From assembly GCA_044226015.1 (NCBI GenBank), contig JBGAHS010000007.1:480001-544000 (forward strand): a DNA stretch of 64,000 nt, written 5' to 3'. Below, piece after piece: positions 16,651 through 26,429 of this stretch (position 1 is its first letter; the number at the start of each line of letters is the position of its first letter). This DNA comes from Candidatus Obscuribacteraceae bacterium. GTDB lineage: Bacteria; Cyanobacteriota; Vampirovibrionia; Obscuribacterales; Obscuribacteraceae. The notes beneath the pieces are model-generated. The model did no database searches, was not told the DNA's origin, and worked only from the letters and a program-made list of their open reading frames with translations. The translations under genes were made by a program, and so were the position numbers.

Positions 16651-17175
16651 ATGACTGATTGTATTCGAAAGAGTTTTGGAAAAAAGATTGAAAGGAATTT
16701 TGAAATGAAAAGACGTGTTATGAAAGTGAATCGGAAGAACTCTCGTGGATCTGTTGCGATCGAGATTGCAGCTGGAGCACTTGTTTCGATAGGGTTGATG
16801 GCATTGGCACTCAATGTTTGTTTCGGTATGTTGGCTTATGGCGTCAATGATCGCGCTTGTCGCGAAGCTGCTCGAGCTGCAGCGCAGCAAAGTACACTGG
16901 CTTCAGCCAGCAGCATTGCAAAATACGTTGTGAATGGCTTCAATCAGAATAACTCATACATGAATAAAATTCAGGTTACACGCGTTGTGTTCACCGACTT
17001 CAATGGTCTTCCGCCTGAAGATCAAAGTCCATTTGTTTCTGTCACCACAAGCTCCTCGGTAGCCACACCTGCACCTATCGCTTTCTTCGGTCAAAAAGTG
17101 TTTGGCGAATCGATTCCTGTTCAGAAGACTTATACGTTTCCAATCGTTCGTCTGAATGTAAACACCAACTCCTGA
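16651..17175 (+). CDS. TadE-like pseudopilin
   Basis: RG/SVAIE motif, TM, ACREAARAAA TadE signature; true start may be ~16705-16720. Confidence 0.85.
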   Translation: MTDCIRKSFGKKIERNFEMKRRVMKVNRKNSRGSVAIEIAAGALVSIGLMALALNVCFGMLAYGVNDRACREAARAAAQQSTLASASSIAKYVVNGFNQNNSYMNKIQVTRVVFTDFNGLPPEDQSPFVSVTTSSSVATPAPIAFFGQKVFGESIPVQKTYTFPIVRLNVNTNS

Positions 17176-17239
17176 AATTCTGCAATGAAGCGCAATCAAG
17201 CTTCACTGTCATTTTGAGAAGGCAAGCGGAGCAGGAAAA

Positions 17240-17485
17240 TTAGCCGCGTGGTTTGAAGGTTCGCACATTAGTGTCGCTGGGGCGAGATTCCTGATCATCA
17301 CCAGGCAGTCTTTGCCAGCTCAAAACAGCGACAGGAGAGTCTGCCCTTAACCCATTCGTCAGGCGAATTTGTTTTTGAAATTCCATCACGTCTTTTGTGC
17401 TACTGACCTCTTCTGATTCGAGCCAGAAAGTGGCTGAGGCAATTGCGCCGTCGAAAGAATAAGCAACGTGATAACCGTATCGCAA
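17240..17485 (-). CDS. small hypothetical protein
   Basis: 81 aa, TTG start with AGGAG RBS, globular-looking composition. Confidence 0.55.
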   Translation of the reverse strand: MRYGYHVAYSFDGAIASATFWLESEEVSSTKDVMEFQKQIRLTNGLRADSPVAVLSWQRLPGDDQESRPSDTNVRTFKPRG

Positions 17486-17653
17486 CTTGATAACTCCTGA
17501 GCAGACTTTGTGATTATAGTCCTCAAGACTAAATTAGTGGTGAATTTTTGCCAACGTGACGTTCTAGCAGCGATACGCGCCAGAAGCGATTGTCGCTCCA
17601 GTTCCTGAAATGGTCGGTTTGCTTGTGAATTCCGGTTCCAATTTGTCAAAGTA

Positions 17654-17681
17654 AAACGGAGCAGTGCGGGCTGCTCCGTTT
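17654..17681 (-). terminator. intrinsic terminator hairpin
   Basis: Perfect 11-bp stem aaacggagcag/ctgctccgttt with 6-nt loop, 20 nt past the stop of 17702..18418. Confidence 0.75.
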
Positions 17682-17701
17682 AAGATAAGGCATTATTATT
17701 C

Positions 17702-18418
17702 TTATTCTTTCTCGCTCTTGAAACGTGGGTCGATGTGACCCAGTCCTGGCTTGAATGGAAATGGTTTTTCTAAATATGGCATCAGCTTAACTTCTTTGAT
17801 CTTCACTGTGTGACCATCGCGTGTGACTGACTGAATACCGCCATCGTTGAATTTGACAACGGCACCATCCTTAAATTCTACAGTCGTGTTTCCGTTTCTG
17901 TCTGTGGTGGACTTTGAAACATCACCATCAATCTTGTACGTTCCATCAGGGTTTACTGTGATGCTGTCACCATCTTTTGAGATGAAACCATGTGTATCGC
18001 CTTTTTTCACTACATAGTCACCAGTCGATAGCTTCTCAACACCATCTTTGTGAATGAACTTCAGCTCGGAGTCGAGGTCTTTAAGCATTCCCTCAGAGCC
18101 TTTGCCGAATGGGTTATTTGGTTTTTGGTTATCACCGACACGCGGAATAGGTCCGTGGCAATCGGAGGTTGCATTTCCATTTTCATCATATGTAGTGATG
18201 ATGCCATGCTTTTCGCCACTGTTCCCAATCGACAAGCCAGGCAAATGCTCCATACTACTCATGCTGCCGCTCTTAGATAATGAGTCTGCAATGCCACCAA
18301 CTTTTGATGCTGCGTTCATTGCGTCATTTGTCAGAGCTTCTCTTGCTGAAGCATTAGGATTTTCGTTTCTTGCTTCGTTCTTAGCTTCTTGTTTCTCTTG
18401 TACATTCTCAGCTGCCAT
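17702..18418 (-). CDS. hypothetical protein with beta-hairpin repeats
   Basis: 238 aa, AAGGAG RBS; charged N-terminal leader, then DG-turn beta repeats (DGDSITVNPDGT, DGAVVKFNDGG). Confidence 0.8.
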   Translation of the reverse strand: MAAENVQEKQEAKNEARNENPNASAREALTNDAMNAASKVGGIADSLSKSGSMSSMEHLPGLSIGNSGEKHGIITTYDENGNATSDCHGPIPRVGDNQKPNNPFGKGSEGMLKDLDSELKFIHKDGVEKLSTGDYVVKKGDTHGFISKDGDSITVNPDGTYKIDGDVSKSTTDRNGNTTVEFKDGAVVKFNDGGIQSVTRDGHTVKIKEVKLMPYLEKPFPFKPGLGHIDPRFKSEKE

Positions 18419-18804
18419 AGTAATGCGCTCCTTCCGATTTGGGAACCAAATTCAATTCCCTGCCCATGAAAATATTATGTTGTGTTTGACTAAATGACTC
18501 CACAAGGACCCGCGTAAACAGACTGCGTAATTCCGCAAAGCTTTGGGGGACAACATGTTTGTGCATTGTTGAAGTTCGGGGGCCACACCTTTGTGCAGTT
18601 TGTATTTTTTTTTGTTGCATATTAGTGCAATCTCTACTGGTATTCATTTCGGAAGCGAAAAAAGTATAAGAATTGAAGACGATACCCCACAAAATTCGGG
18701 TTTTTGCCAGCAGCTTGGGGGAACCCTTTATAGTCGCCTGTTGCTCACTCCTATAAAATTAGGAGTGAGGCAAGTATCTTCGGTAATTCATCATTTCTTT
18801 GATT

Positions 18805-19482
18805 ATGTTAGAGGCGAATATAAACTCTTTTTCTGGAGTTGAAGGAACTTTGGTTCCGGCATCGTTTGCTGCGATTCCGACGTCGGAATTGCTGAGTCAG
18901 GCAAAGAATCAGAATGAGTTGGCGTTTTCTGAGTTGATGAAGCGCCATAAGAGTTTCATAGATTGCAAGGTACAGAAGTTCGCCCCAGACTGGAATTCTC
19001 GCGTTGAACTCACTGATAAAGTGAACGAGCAAGTTCGTTTGTTGATATCTGAAGTCAGTGCTGTTTCTGATTTGAAGGTTTGGCTGGAGAAGTTGATTCA
19101 ACGTGTATTTTTCGATGAGTTGAAGAGAAAAGAGGCGATGGATCGAGCTGACGGCAATAGTTTGACTGGTACAGAGTTGGTTCGTGCTAGAACTCGCACG
19201 AGCATGTGCAGTATCGAGCCGGATTACGCTGGGGAAGACAGCAAGCTCTGTGATGAAGTGTTTCGCAAGAAGGCTCTCGTGGTGTCGATGATATCGAAGC
19301 TTGAAGATGTTCCTGAGAAGCTGAAAAAGGCTCAGTTTTTGCATGATATAGAAGGATTGTCCTACGAAGAAATTTCTGAGCTCACCCATATTGACACTGA
19401 GACGCTCCAACAGAATATATGCAGTGCACGTGAAAAAATACGAGAGGGGTTGGCACCATTCTTGAGGAATGCTGCTGAGTAG
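18805..19482 (+). CDS. divergent ECF sigma-70 factor (cyanobacterial SigG-like)
   Basis: AFSELMKRH, APDW, W...I...F.DEL..K (region 2); GLSYEEISELT...AREKIR (region 4). Confidence 0.75.
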   Translation: MLEANINSFSGVEGTLVPASFAAIPTSELLSQAKNQNELAFSELMKRHKSFIDCKVQKFAPDWNSRVELTDKVNEQVRLLISEVSAVSDLKVWLEKLIQRVFFDELKRKEAMDRADGNSLTGTELVRARTRTSMCSIEPDYAGEDSKLCDEVFRKKALVVSMISKLEDVPEKLKKAQFLHDIEGLSYEEISELTHIDTETLQQNICSAREKIREGLAPFLRNAAE

Positions 19483-19781
19483 TTCTAATTCTCTCGAGCA
19501 TGTGGCTATCCGTGGTTGCACTGATTTTTAGCAGAACGTTTGTTTTGAGCAAGCGTTTGTTTTGAGCAAGACGTCAACGCCGTCGAGTATGGTGCGAAAT
19601 CTGAATAGTCTCCGCGCATTTGAGACGGCATCAAGCAAAATCGCTGTTGATTGGCGCAGTGCTTAAATAACAATTTTCTAGCACAAGCTGAGGAACTGCT
19701 CCGAATATTTTGAGTCTCATATGCAACTGTCGGTGACAGTATCTTGCGTACAGATATTTAGTTGCAATAAAGGAGAGCCGT

Positions 19782-19991
19782 ATGAACTGGGACCAAGTCA
19801 AAGGTGACTGGAAAACGTTTTCTGGAAAAGTAAAACAGGAGTGGGGCAAGCTCACTGACGATGATTTGCAGCAAATCGATGGAAAGCGTGAAGAGTTGGT
19901 TGGACGCGTGCAAAAAGCATACGGTCAAACAAAAGAAGAAGTGGAAAAAGGTGTGGACAGCTTTTTGAACAAGTGTTCAGGAAACTGCTAG
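19782..19991 (+). CDS. csbD: CsbD/YjbJ family general stress protein
   Basis: MNWDQVKGDWK..GKVKQEWGKLTDDDL..I.GKREELVG.VQ..YG; AAGGAG RBS. Confidence 0.95.
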   Translation: MNWDQVKGDWKTFSGKVKQEWGKLTDDDLQQIDGKREELVGRVQKAYGQTKEEVEKGVDSFLNKCSGNC

Positions 19992-20006
19992 AGTCGAGCT
20001 TAAAGC

Positions 20007-20044
20007 GAAGAGCCGAAGCATGTCAGCTTCGGCTCTTCCTTTTT
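20007..20044 (+). terminator. intrinsic terminator after csbD
   Basis: 13-bp stem gaagagccgaagc/gcttcggctcttc followed by a T-run. Confidence 0.85.
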
Positions 20045-20216
20045 CCAGAGTTGAAACTAGTTTCTGGTTGATCTAGTTTCTGGTTGAATTCTTTTTCCAG
20101 AGTTGAGATCAACTTTCTAGTTGAATCTAGTGAGCCGTTCGAATGTCAGACTCAATTCGGTCCCATTTTGTGAAACCTGAGAATGTGTATCTTGTTTCGG
20201 TCACACATTCTTTGTG

Positions 20217-21176
20217 TTATTTCGCCTGTTGTTCGAGATATGCGTCCAGTTTGTCGAACGAACCAGTGAATCCTTGCGTCATGCCACCACGAGACTTGAT
20301 GAACGTATCCACTTCCTCCTGGTTGAAATTGCCCCATGGCTGCCAATTAATTGTTACGCGTGTCTGGTTGGGACCTTCAGCAGTGAAATAAACTATTGTC
20401 TTCATTGATTCTGGCCAGGTGGGCGCGAAAGGATGGCGAGAGATGTTTCCCTTTTCGTCGAGAAACTCCTGCGTGTAAATCATTTTTGTTGGTTTGTGGA
20501 ACTCAAGATAGTGGCACTGTCCATACATCGTGACACCAGCGCCATTGCTCATTTCGTACACCGACGTTCCACCCTCTTTCACTTCTGCGCGCTTGTAAGT
20601 CATTGTGAAACCGGTTGGTGCCAGCCATTGTGCAATGTGTTTTGGATCAACCCACATCTCCCACATAAGTTCGATGGGTGCCTCGAAAGATCTGTTAATG
20701 ACAAAAAAGTCTTTGCCCGATCGTGTTTTTTCGAGGAATTCTGCGAGTCGATCCCACGTAGTATCGCCACCAGCTTTCTTGATGAAGGCTCTTGTGTTCT
20801 CTGCAGCTTCGGGAGATGACAGGGTCATCGTCATATCCATTTTTGTTTTTCCGTTTGATTCGGAAAAAAGAACCGTGACGCGAAACATTGGTTCTGTTGT
20901 CTCGGTTGCACCGTGGTCATAAACCATTTTCTTGTGTTGTTCGATCTCGAGGTATTTTGTGAGGTTTGGATAATCCTTGCCATCTGGACCGTGCATCACA
21001 TACTTCCATGTGCCACCAACCCTGAAATCCTTACTTTCGGTCGTGATTGTAAATCCTCTTGGACCCCACCATTTAGCAACTTGTTCGGGGTCGGCCCATG
21101 CATCCCACACCAGATTTAGTGGCGCATCAAATTCACGCAATAGTTTGATGTCTGCTGATTTATTCATCGTTGGCAT
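20217..21176 (-). CDS. tandem SRPBCC (AHSA1/START-like) domain protein
   Basis: Two AHSA1 repeats: REFDAP..LVWDAW.DP...KWWGP and RSFEAP..LMW..W.DP. Confidence 0.92.
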   Translation of the reverse strand: MPTMNKSADIKLLREFDAPLNLVWDAWADPEQVAKWWGPRGFTITTESKDFRVGGTWKYVMHGPDGKDYPNLTKYLEIEQHKKMVYDHGATETTEPMFRVTVLFSESNGKTKMDMTMTLSSPEAAENTRAFIKKAGGDTTWDRLAEFLEKTRSGKDFFVINRSFEAPIELMWEMWVDPKHIAQWLAPTGFTMTYKRAEVKEGGTSVYEMSNGAGVTMYGQCHYLEFHKPTKMIYTQEFLDEKGNISRHPFAPTWPESMKTIVYFTAEGPNQTRVTINWQPWGNFNQEEVDTFIKSRGGMTQGFTGSFDKLDAYLEQQAK

Positions 21177-21525
21177 TACTTTTTCCTTTTGCTGCATTTT
21201 CCGACATGATTTGTTTTAGATGGGCATCGAGTCTATCGAAACTCTCTTCCCAGAACACTTTGTATTCCTCGAGCCATTCAGCGACTTCTTGAAACCCAGC
21301 TTGATTGAGTTTGCATTGGCGCCACTGAGCTTCGCGAGTCTTACTTATAAGACCTGCATTTTCCAGTACCTTTAGATGCTTAGTTATCGCTGGCAAGCTC
21401 ATATCATTTAAGAACGGCTCCGCAAGCTCTGAGACACTGGCTTCCCCATTTGAAAGACGAGCAATAATTGCTCGTCTGGTTGGATCGGCGAGTGCTGAGA
21501 AAACTAGGCTTAATTGATCTTGCAC
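21160..21525 (-). CDS. ArsR/SmtB family transcriptional regulator
   Basis: FSALADPTRRAI, SLPAITKHLKVLE.AGLI, REAQWR, FWEESFDRLD; overlaps the SRPBCC gene. Confidence 0.93.
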   Translation of the reverse strand: MQDQLSLVFSALADPTRRAIIARLSNGEASVSELAEPFLNDMSLPAITKHLKVLENAGLISKTREAQWRQCKLNQAGFQEVAEWLEEYKVFWEESFDRLDAHLKQIMSENAAKGKSNANDE

Positions 21526-21530
21526 GGTAT

Positions 21531-21563
21531 TTAACCTGGCGGTTAATTAACTCATAGGTTTAA
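21531..21563. promoter_or_regulatory. putative autoregulatory operator of the ArsR gene
   Basis: Palindrome TTAACC-tggc-GGTTAA at 21531-21546 plus a degenerate second copy, immediately upstream of the GTG start. Confidence 0.55.
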
Positions 21564-21627
21564 TATACGATCTTTAGAGGGTTTCTGTCAAGAAAGTTTT
21601 GAGAACATTGTGTGTGTTGGCCTTCAA

Positions 21628-21935
21628 GATTCTGACTCCCGAACCCGAACCCGAACCCGAACCCGAACCCGAACCCGAACCCGAACCCGAGTGGTGAACC
21701 CCATCCCGAGATTCCGACCCGAACCCGAGTGATGAACAGAATCCCGAGACCCCGACTCCGTACCAGAGTGATTAACCCGAATCCCGAGATTCCGACTTCC
21801 GAACCCGAGTGATGAACAGAATCCCGAGACCCCGACTCCGTACCAGAGTGATTAACCCGAATCCCGAGATCCCGACTCCCGAACCCGAATCTCGATGCCG
21901 CGACTCCCGAACCCGAGTGATGAACCTGAGTCCCT
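21628..21935. repeat. composite tandem repeat: (CCCGAA)x~9 followed by ~40/80-bp units
   Basis: CCCGAA array 21638-21690; near-identical 80-bp units at ~21719 and ~21799, each built of two related ~40-mers. Confidence 0.9.
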
Positions 21936-22017
21936 ATGCCCGATTGCCTGGTCCTGGGCTGAGAGTGTCGACGATGCTCTCGTCACTAAAGATATCGCCG
22001 CATCCACCCGTGGAGGC

Positions 22018-23292
22018 TTACTTCTTCTCTTCAGGTTTGAGATCTTCAGCGCTTGCTGGAATCGGATTGACTTTCGTTCCAGGCTGTAATGAATCATCGC
22101 CTTTTACCGTGATGGTATCACCTTCATGAATATCGCCAAAAATTTCGACCATATTACCCATGAGCTGTCCGCGCTGTACCTTTACCCACTCAATTTCGTT
22201 GTTTGCGTTTATTTTGTCCACGAATGTCTCAAGTGTTGAAGTGGTATCAACTGCCTGTGTTGGAACGAAGCAGGATGCGTTTTTGCGTTTACTTGGCCAG
22301 AATACTTCGCAGAACATGCCCGGCATAATTTTGCCATCAGTGTTCCAATAATTCAGCTCGACCGGCATGGTGCGTGTTTTCTCTTCCAGATAATTGCCGA
22401 TTCTTGCAACTGTTCCGACAAACTTTTCTCCCGGGTGCGTTGAAACTGTGAATTCAACTTTTGCGCCTGGCTCAACTGCACTAACCACCACTTCTGGAAC
22501 CGGCGTGACTATACGCAGTAAATCGAGTTGCTGGACGTGAATAATAGGAGGGTATGCCGAGTCACCTCGTGGACCGACGAAGCTTCCGACGTGCATATTG
22601 CGGTCAGTTACGTAGCCATCGAATGGAGCTTTGATAACCAAATAGTCATTGATGTCTTTGTAGTTTTTTGCGCTCGATTTTGCTGCCAGCAAGGACTTCT
22701 TTTGCACTTCGAGCTGCTTCTCTTCAGCGGCTACATTTTGTTGCCATGCCCTGACTTTCTCTTTGTCAGCGTTCACTTTTTGTTCGAGGACAATCACTTC
22801 ATTTGCAGAGACAACACCGGGTGTTTTCGATGCTTCCTTAGTTCTCTGGTAGGTGTCATTATCACCGTCGAGTTGTGCCTGCGCTTCCAGCAATGTCGCT
22901 TTTGAAGCCGCCAGCCGCGACTCTGCCTCGGCTACACGTCCACTTGCTGCGTCTGCAGCGGAGCGTGCCTCATCTTGTCTGGCGCCCAATTCTGGTGCCA
23001 CCAAGCGAACCATTACCTGCCCTTTCTTGACTGTCGACCCTCGGTCAACTCCGATCCATTCGATGAATCCAGCAACCTTAGGATAGACTGCGACATCCTG
23101 GTATGCTCGAATTTCTCCGGGAAATTGGTCCACTCGGTTGAGCAAGTTCTTGCTCACTTTGATGACTTTAACATCAATAGGACCGTTGCTCGTCTCAGTC
23201 TCTGCACTCGGCTTCTCTTCCTTGCTGCAACCCGATAGCAGGGCGGCGGCAATGACGATTGTAAAAGCTAGTTTGCTGCTCTGGTTTTTCAC
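22018..23292 (-). CDS. RND efflux periplasmic adaptor (MFP), lipoprotein
   Basis: LSGC lipobox, VDRGSTVKKGQ, IKAPFDGYV, PGMF; GTG start with GAGGAG RBS (ORF track 23316). Confidence 0.93.
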   Translation of the reverse strand: MKNQSSKLAFTIVIAAALLSGCSKEEKPSAETETSNGPIDVKVIKVSKNLLNRVDQFPGEIRAYQDVAVYPKVAGFIEWIGVDRGSTVKKGQVMVRLVAPELGARQDEARSAADAASGRVAEAESRLAASKATLLEAQAQLDGDNDTYQRTKEASKTPGVVSANEVIVLEQKVNADKEKVRAWQQNVAAEEKQLEVQKKSLLAAKSSAKNYKDINDYLVIKAPFDGYVTDRNMHVGSFVGPRGDSAYPPIIHVQQLDLLRIVTPVPEVVVSAVEPGAKVEFTVSTHPGEKFVGTVARIGNYLEEKTRTMPVELNYWNTDGKIMPGMFCEVFWPSKRKNASCFVPTQAVDTTSTLETFVDKINANNEIEWVKVQRGQLMGNMVEIFGDIHEGDTITVKGDDSLQPGTKVNPIPASAEDLKPEEKK

Positions 23293-23299
23293 GCTGCCT

Positions 23300-26200
23300 C
23301 TACTCTCCTCGATCATCCGGGTAAACTGATGGTGAGCTGATCGGACTCTTGTTTTGAATCACCGCGAACACCAGGGGCAATACCGTCAAAGCTGCAAGTG
23401 TTGACATAATGAGCCCGCCAATTACCGCTCTTCCGAGAGGTGCACTGGTCTGTCCGCCTTCGCTTAGCGCCAGTGCCATTGGTATCATACCTGCCACCAT
23501 CGCGCTCGATGTCATAAGAATTGGGCGAAGTCTCTCTTGAGCTCCTTCCAAGCCTGCTTCAAAAGATGTTTTGCCCTCAACGCGGTTCTTTTCTGCAAAG
23601 ACAACAAGCAAAATTGCGTTTGATACTCCGACACCTATGGACATAATCGCGCCCATGAATGACTCTACATTGATTGTTGTGTGAGTGAGGAAGAGAGAAA
23701 GCAATACACCGCATGTGATGGCAGGTAGAGTTGAAAGTACAATTGCTGCGACTCTCAGCGATTGGAAATAACCAGTCAGCATCAAGAAGATAACGCCGAC
23801 TGCCAGACCCAAGCCTGTGAAGAGGTGTGTGAATGTCTCATGCAAAACCGGTACCTGCCCTGCGAGTTTGACTCTGACGCTGCGGGGTGGTTTTCCTGCT
23901 CGTTTCATTGCGGCTTCGACTTCATCGCCGACTTTGCCGAGGTCCATACCTGAAATGTTTGCAGTCAGAGAGACAAGGCGCATCATGTTGTCGCGGTCGT
24001 ATTCACCTATGCACTCACCATAATTCACGCTGGCCACGTCACCAAGCAAGGGGTGCAGATTCTTTTCTGTCAACATGGTCGGGAAGTTTTTCAGCGACTC
24101 AATGGTCTGCATTTGGTTTTGTGGAACCTGAACCTGCACCTGGTAAGCTACGCCGGTTTTGCGATCCATCCAGTAATTTTGCAGAATGTAGCGACTTGAA
24201 GATGTTGCAGGAACGATAGAGTCACCAACTTGATGTGGTGTCAGTTTATATTGCCCTGCAAGCTCTCTATCGATGTTTATATCGACTGTGGGGTAGTGCA
24301 AAGGTTGCCCATATTGAAGGTCGCGAAGATACTTGATTTTCTCAAGTTCAACGCGCAACTTTTCAGCATAGGTTCGGCAAACTTCGATATCAGGTCCTTT
24401 AACTAGCACCGAAATTGGTGTCGTCGAACCAAAGTTCATAATCTGGCTTACGAGGTCACCTGGCTCGAATGAGAAGCGCATGTCTGGAAGTTCTTTGCCA
24501 AAAACGTCACGCAGTTTGTTTTTGAAAACTTCGAGATCTATCTTCGCCTCATCACGAAGTTTTACGTCCATAACAGCTTCATGCGGGCCGCTGGTCCACA
24601 AAAACGCAGAGTTAAGTACGAATTGCACTGGTTGTTGACCGGCATAGCCAAGGCTTGCCAGAACATTGCCTGGACCTGCCTCGCGTTTGATTATGTCGAG
24701 TACTTGAAGCACCTTCTTTTCGGTTACTTCAACACGTGTACCGGTTTGGCAGCGAATGCGCACGCGGAATTCATCTGTGTCCGAATTTGGGAACATCTCT
24801 CTTCCGATTAGTGGGAAAAGAAGCACGCTGAGGCTGATGAACACGGCAAGATATATCGCAATCACTATCTTCGGAAACTTCATCAGTGCTTTTACAATCG
24901 ATGCATGGAAGTTCTTCAGATGGGTGAATGGTCCCTCTTTTTCCTCTTCTTCCTTGTGCTTGATGAGATAAACAGATAAGACCGGAACCAGCGAGCTGGA
25001 CATAATAAATGACCAGATCATACAGAAGCCAACGGATAGAGAGAGCGGCACAAACAGTGAGCGAACGATGCCCGTCATAAAGAATGAAGGCACGAAAACT
25101 GCAATGATTGATAACATCGCTAGCAATCGCGGAACGCGAGTTTCAATACCTGCCATCAAGGTTGCACGAGTGATTTTTTCGCCACGCGCAAGATGAGAGT
25201 GAATGTTCTCAATGTCTACTGTCGCTTCGTCGACGAGAATACCAATCGCCAGTGACAAACCAGACAGCGTTTGGATGTTAATTGTTTGTCCAGTTAAGTA
25301 GAGGCTCAAGCATGCGCCAAGCAACACGCAGGGAATTGTGGTTACAACTATTATTGTGCTGCGTATGTCGCGCAAGAAAAGGAAGATCATTATGCCTGGC
25401 AATATGGCGCCTAGCGCGCCTTCCATTAATAGACCAGCGATAGAATTGGTTACGTGCTTAGATTGGTCAAAGTGATAGCTCAAGTTGACGTTTTTTGGAA
25501 GCAAGTCTTGCATTGAAGGCAAGTGATCTTTCAGCGCATTGACCACAGACACAGTGGATGCATCAGCTCGTTTGATAAGAGGAACGTAAACGGTTCGCCT
25601 TCCATTATATAGAGCGTAGCCTGCCAGAATGTCGCTGGCGTCTGAGACGGTCGCAATGTCTCTGAGAAACACTGTAGGACCTGGTCCCATTTTAATGGGC
25701 AAATAATCTAATTGATGGATGTCAGGCAGGTCTGTGTTTATTGGCGTTATTTGCATATAATCGCCAATACGCACGTTTCCGGCGGGAGTCACCATGTTTC
25801 CAGTGGCAAGGGCGTTAACTATCATGTCACCAGAAATGTTGTACTGTCGCAGCTTCTCGGCATTGACATTGATGACAATGGTTCGGGCGTTGCCTCCGAA
25901 CGGTGGTGGCGCAGTTGCACCGGGAATGGTGCCCAGGTCGGGGCGCACACGCACGAAAGCAAGGTCTTGCAACCTATCAATACTTGCGTCTTTGCTATCT
26001 AAGACTAACTGTCCGACGGGCAAGCTACCCGCGTCAAATCTCAAGACGAAGGGTTCCAGTACGCCAGGTGGCATCAATGACCGCGCGCGTGACACCATTG
26101 CGACGCAAGTGGAGAGTGCTTCCGCCATATCTGTGCCGGGGTGGAAGAACACTTTCATCATCGCTACGTTTTGAATTGATTGCGACTCGATGTGGTCGAT

Positions 26201-26428
26201 TCCTGGAATGTACAGGAAGTGCACTTCGTAAGTCGAAACGATGTAACCTTCCATCTGGTTGGGTGCCATACCGCCGTAGCCCTGTACCACGTAAATTACT
26301 GGTAGATTCAGGTCTGGGAAGATGTCTTGCTTCATCGAGCCAATGCCAAAAATTGACACCAGCATGATGCTAACGATAGCAACAAACACGGTTATAGGGT
26401 GTTTCATCGAAACGATTTGCAACCACAT
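23300..26428 (-). CDS. RND efflux permease (AcrB/CusA superfamily)
   Basis: 1042 aa, DIFPDLNLP, AIGILVDEA, RLRPILMT, PLGRAVIGGL. Confidence 0.95.
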   Translation of the reverse strand: MWLQIVSMKHPITVFVAIVSIMLVSIFGIGSMKQDIFPDLNLPVIYVVQGYGGMAPNQMEGYIVSTYEVHFLYIPGIDHIESQSIQNVAMMKVFFHPGTDMAEALSTCVAMVSRARSLMPPGVLEPFVLRFDAGSLPVGQLVLDSKDASIDRLQDLAFVRVRPDLGTIPGATAPPPFGGNARTIVINVNAEKLRQYNISGDMIVNALATGNMVTPAGNVRIGDYMQITPINTDLPDIHQLDYLPIKMGPGPTVFLRDIATVSDASDILAGYALYNGRRTVYVPLIKRADASTVSVVNALKDHLPSMQDLLPKNVNLSYHFDQSKHVTNSIAGLLMEGALGAILPGIMIFLFLRDIRSTIIVVTTIPCVLLGACLSLYLTGQTINIQTLSGLSLAIGILVDEATVDIENIHSHLARGEKITRATLMAGIETRVPRLLAMLSIIAVFVPSFFMTGIVRSLFVPLSLSVGFCMIWSFIMSSSLVPVLSVYLIKHKEEEEKEGPFTHLKNFHASIVKALMKFPKIVIAIYLAVFISLSVLLFPLIGREMFPNSDTDEFRVRIRCQTGTRVEVTEKKVLQVLDIIKREAGPGNVLASLGYAGQQPVQFVLNSAFLWTSGPHEAVMDVKLRDEAKIDLEVFKNKLRDVFGKELPDMRFSFEPGDLVSQIMNFGSTTPISVLVKGPDIEVCRTYAEKLRVELEKIKYLRDLQYGQPLHYPTVDINIDRELAGQYKLTPHQVGDSIVPATSSSRYILQNYWMDRKTGVAYQVQVQVPQNQMQTIESLKNFPTMLTEKNLHPLLGDVASVNYGECIGEYDRDNMMRLVSLTANISGMDLGKVGDEVEAAMKRAGKPPRSVRVKLAGQVPVLHETFTHLFTGLGLAVGVIFLMLTGYFQSLRVAAIVLSTLPAITCGVLLSLFLTHTTINVESFMGAIMSIGVGVSNAILLVVFAEKNRVEGKTSFEAGLEGAQERLRPILMTSSAMVAGMIPMALALSEGGQTSAPLGRAVIGGLIMSTLAALTVLPLVFAVIQNKSPISSPSVYPDDRGE

Positions 26429-26429
26429 A

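Noticed and set aside
18808..19521. 237-aa minus-strand ORF
   Set aside because: Antisense shadow of the sigma-factor gene with no recognisable motifs
20039..20130. Short duplicated 15-16-mers after the csbD terminator (also a 17-bp duplication at ~19537-19570)
   Set aside because: Only two copies each, consistent with local slippage; no function supportable
21628..21935. Possible CRISPR array, or the coding ORFs 21809..22129 and 21852..22097
   Set aside because: The would-be spacers are themselves repeated; the ORFs are low-complexity translations of the repeat
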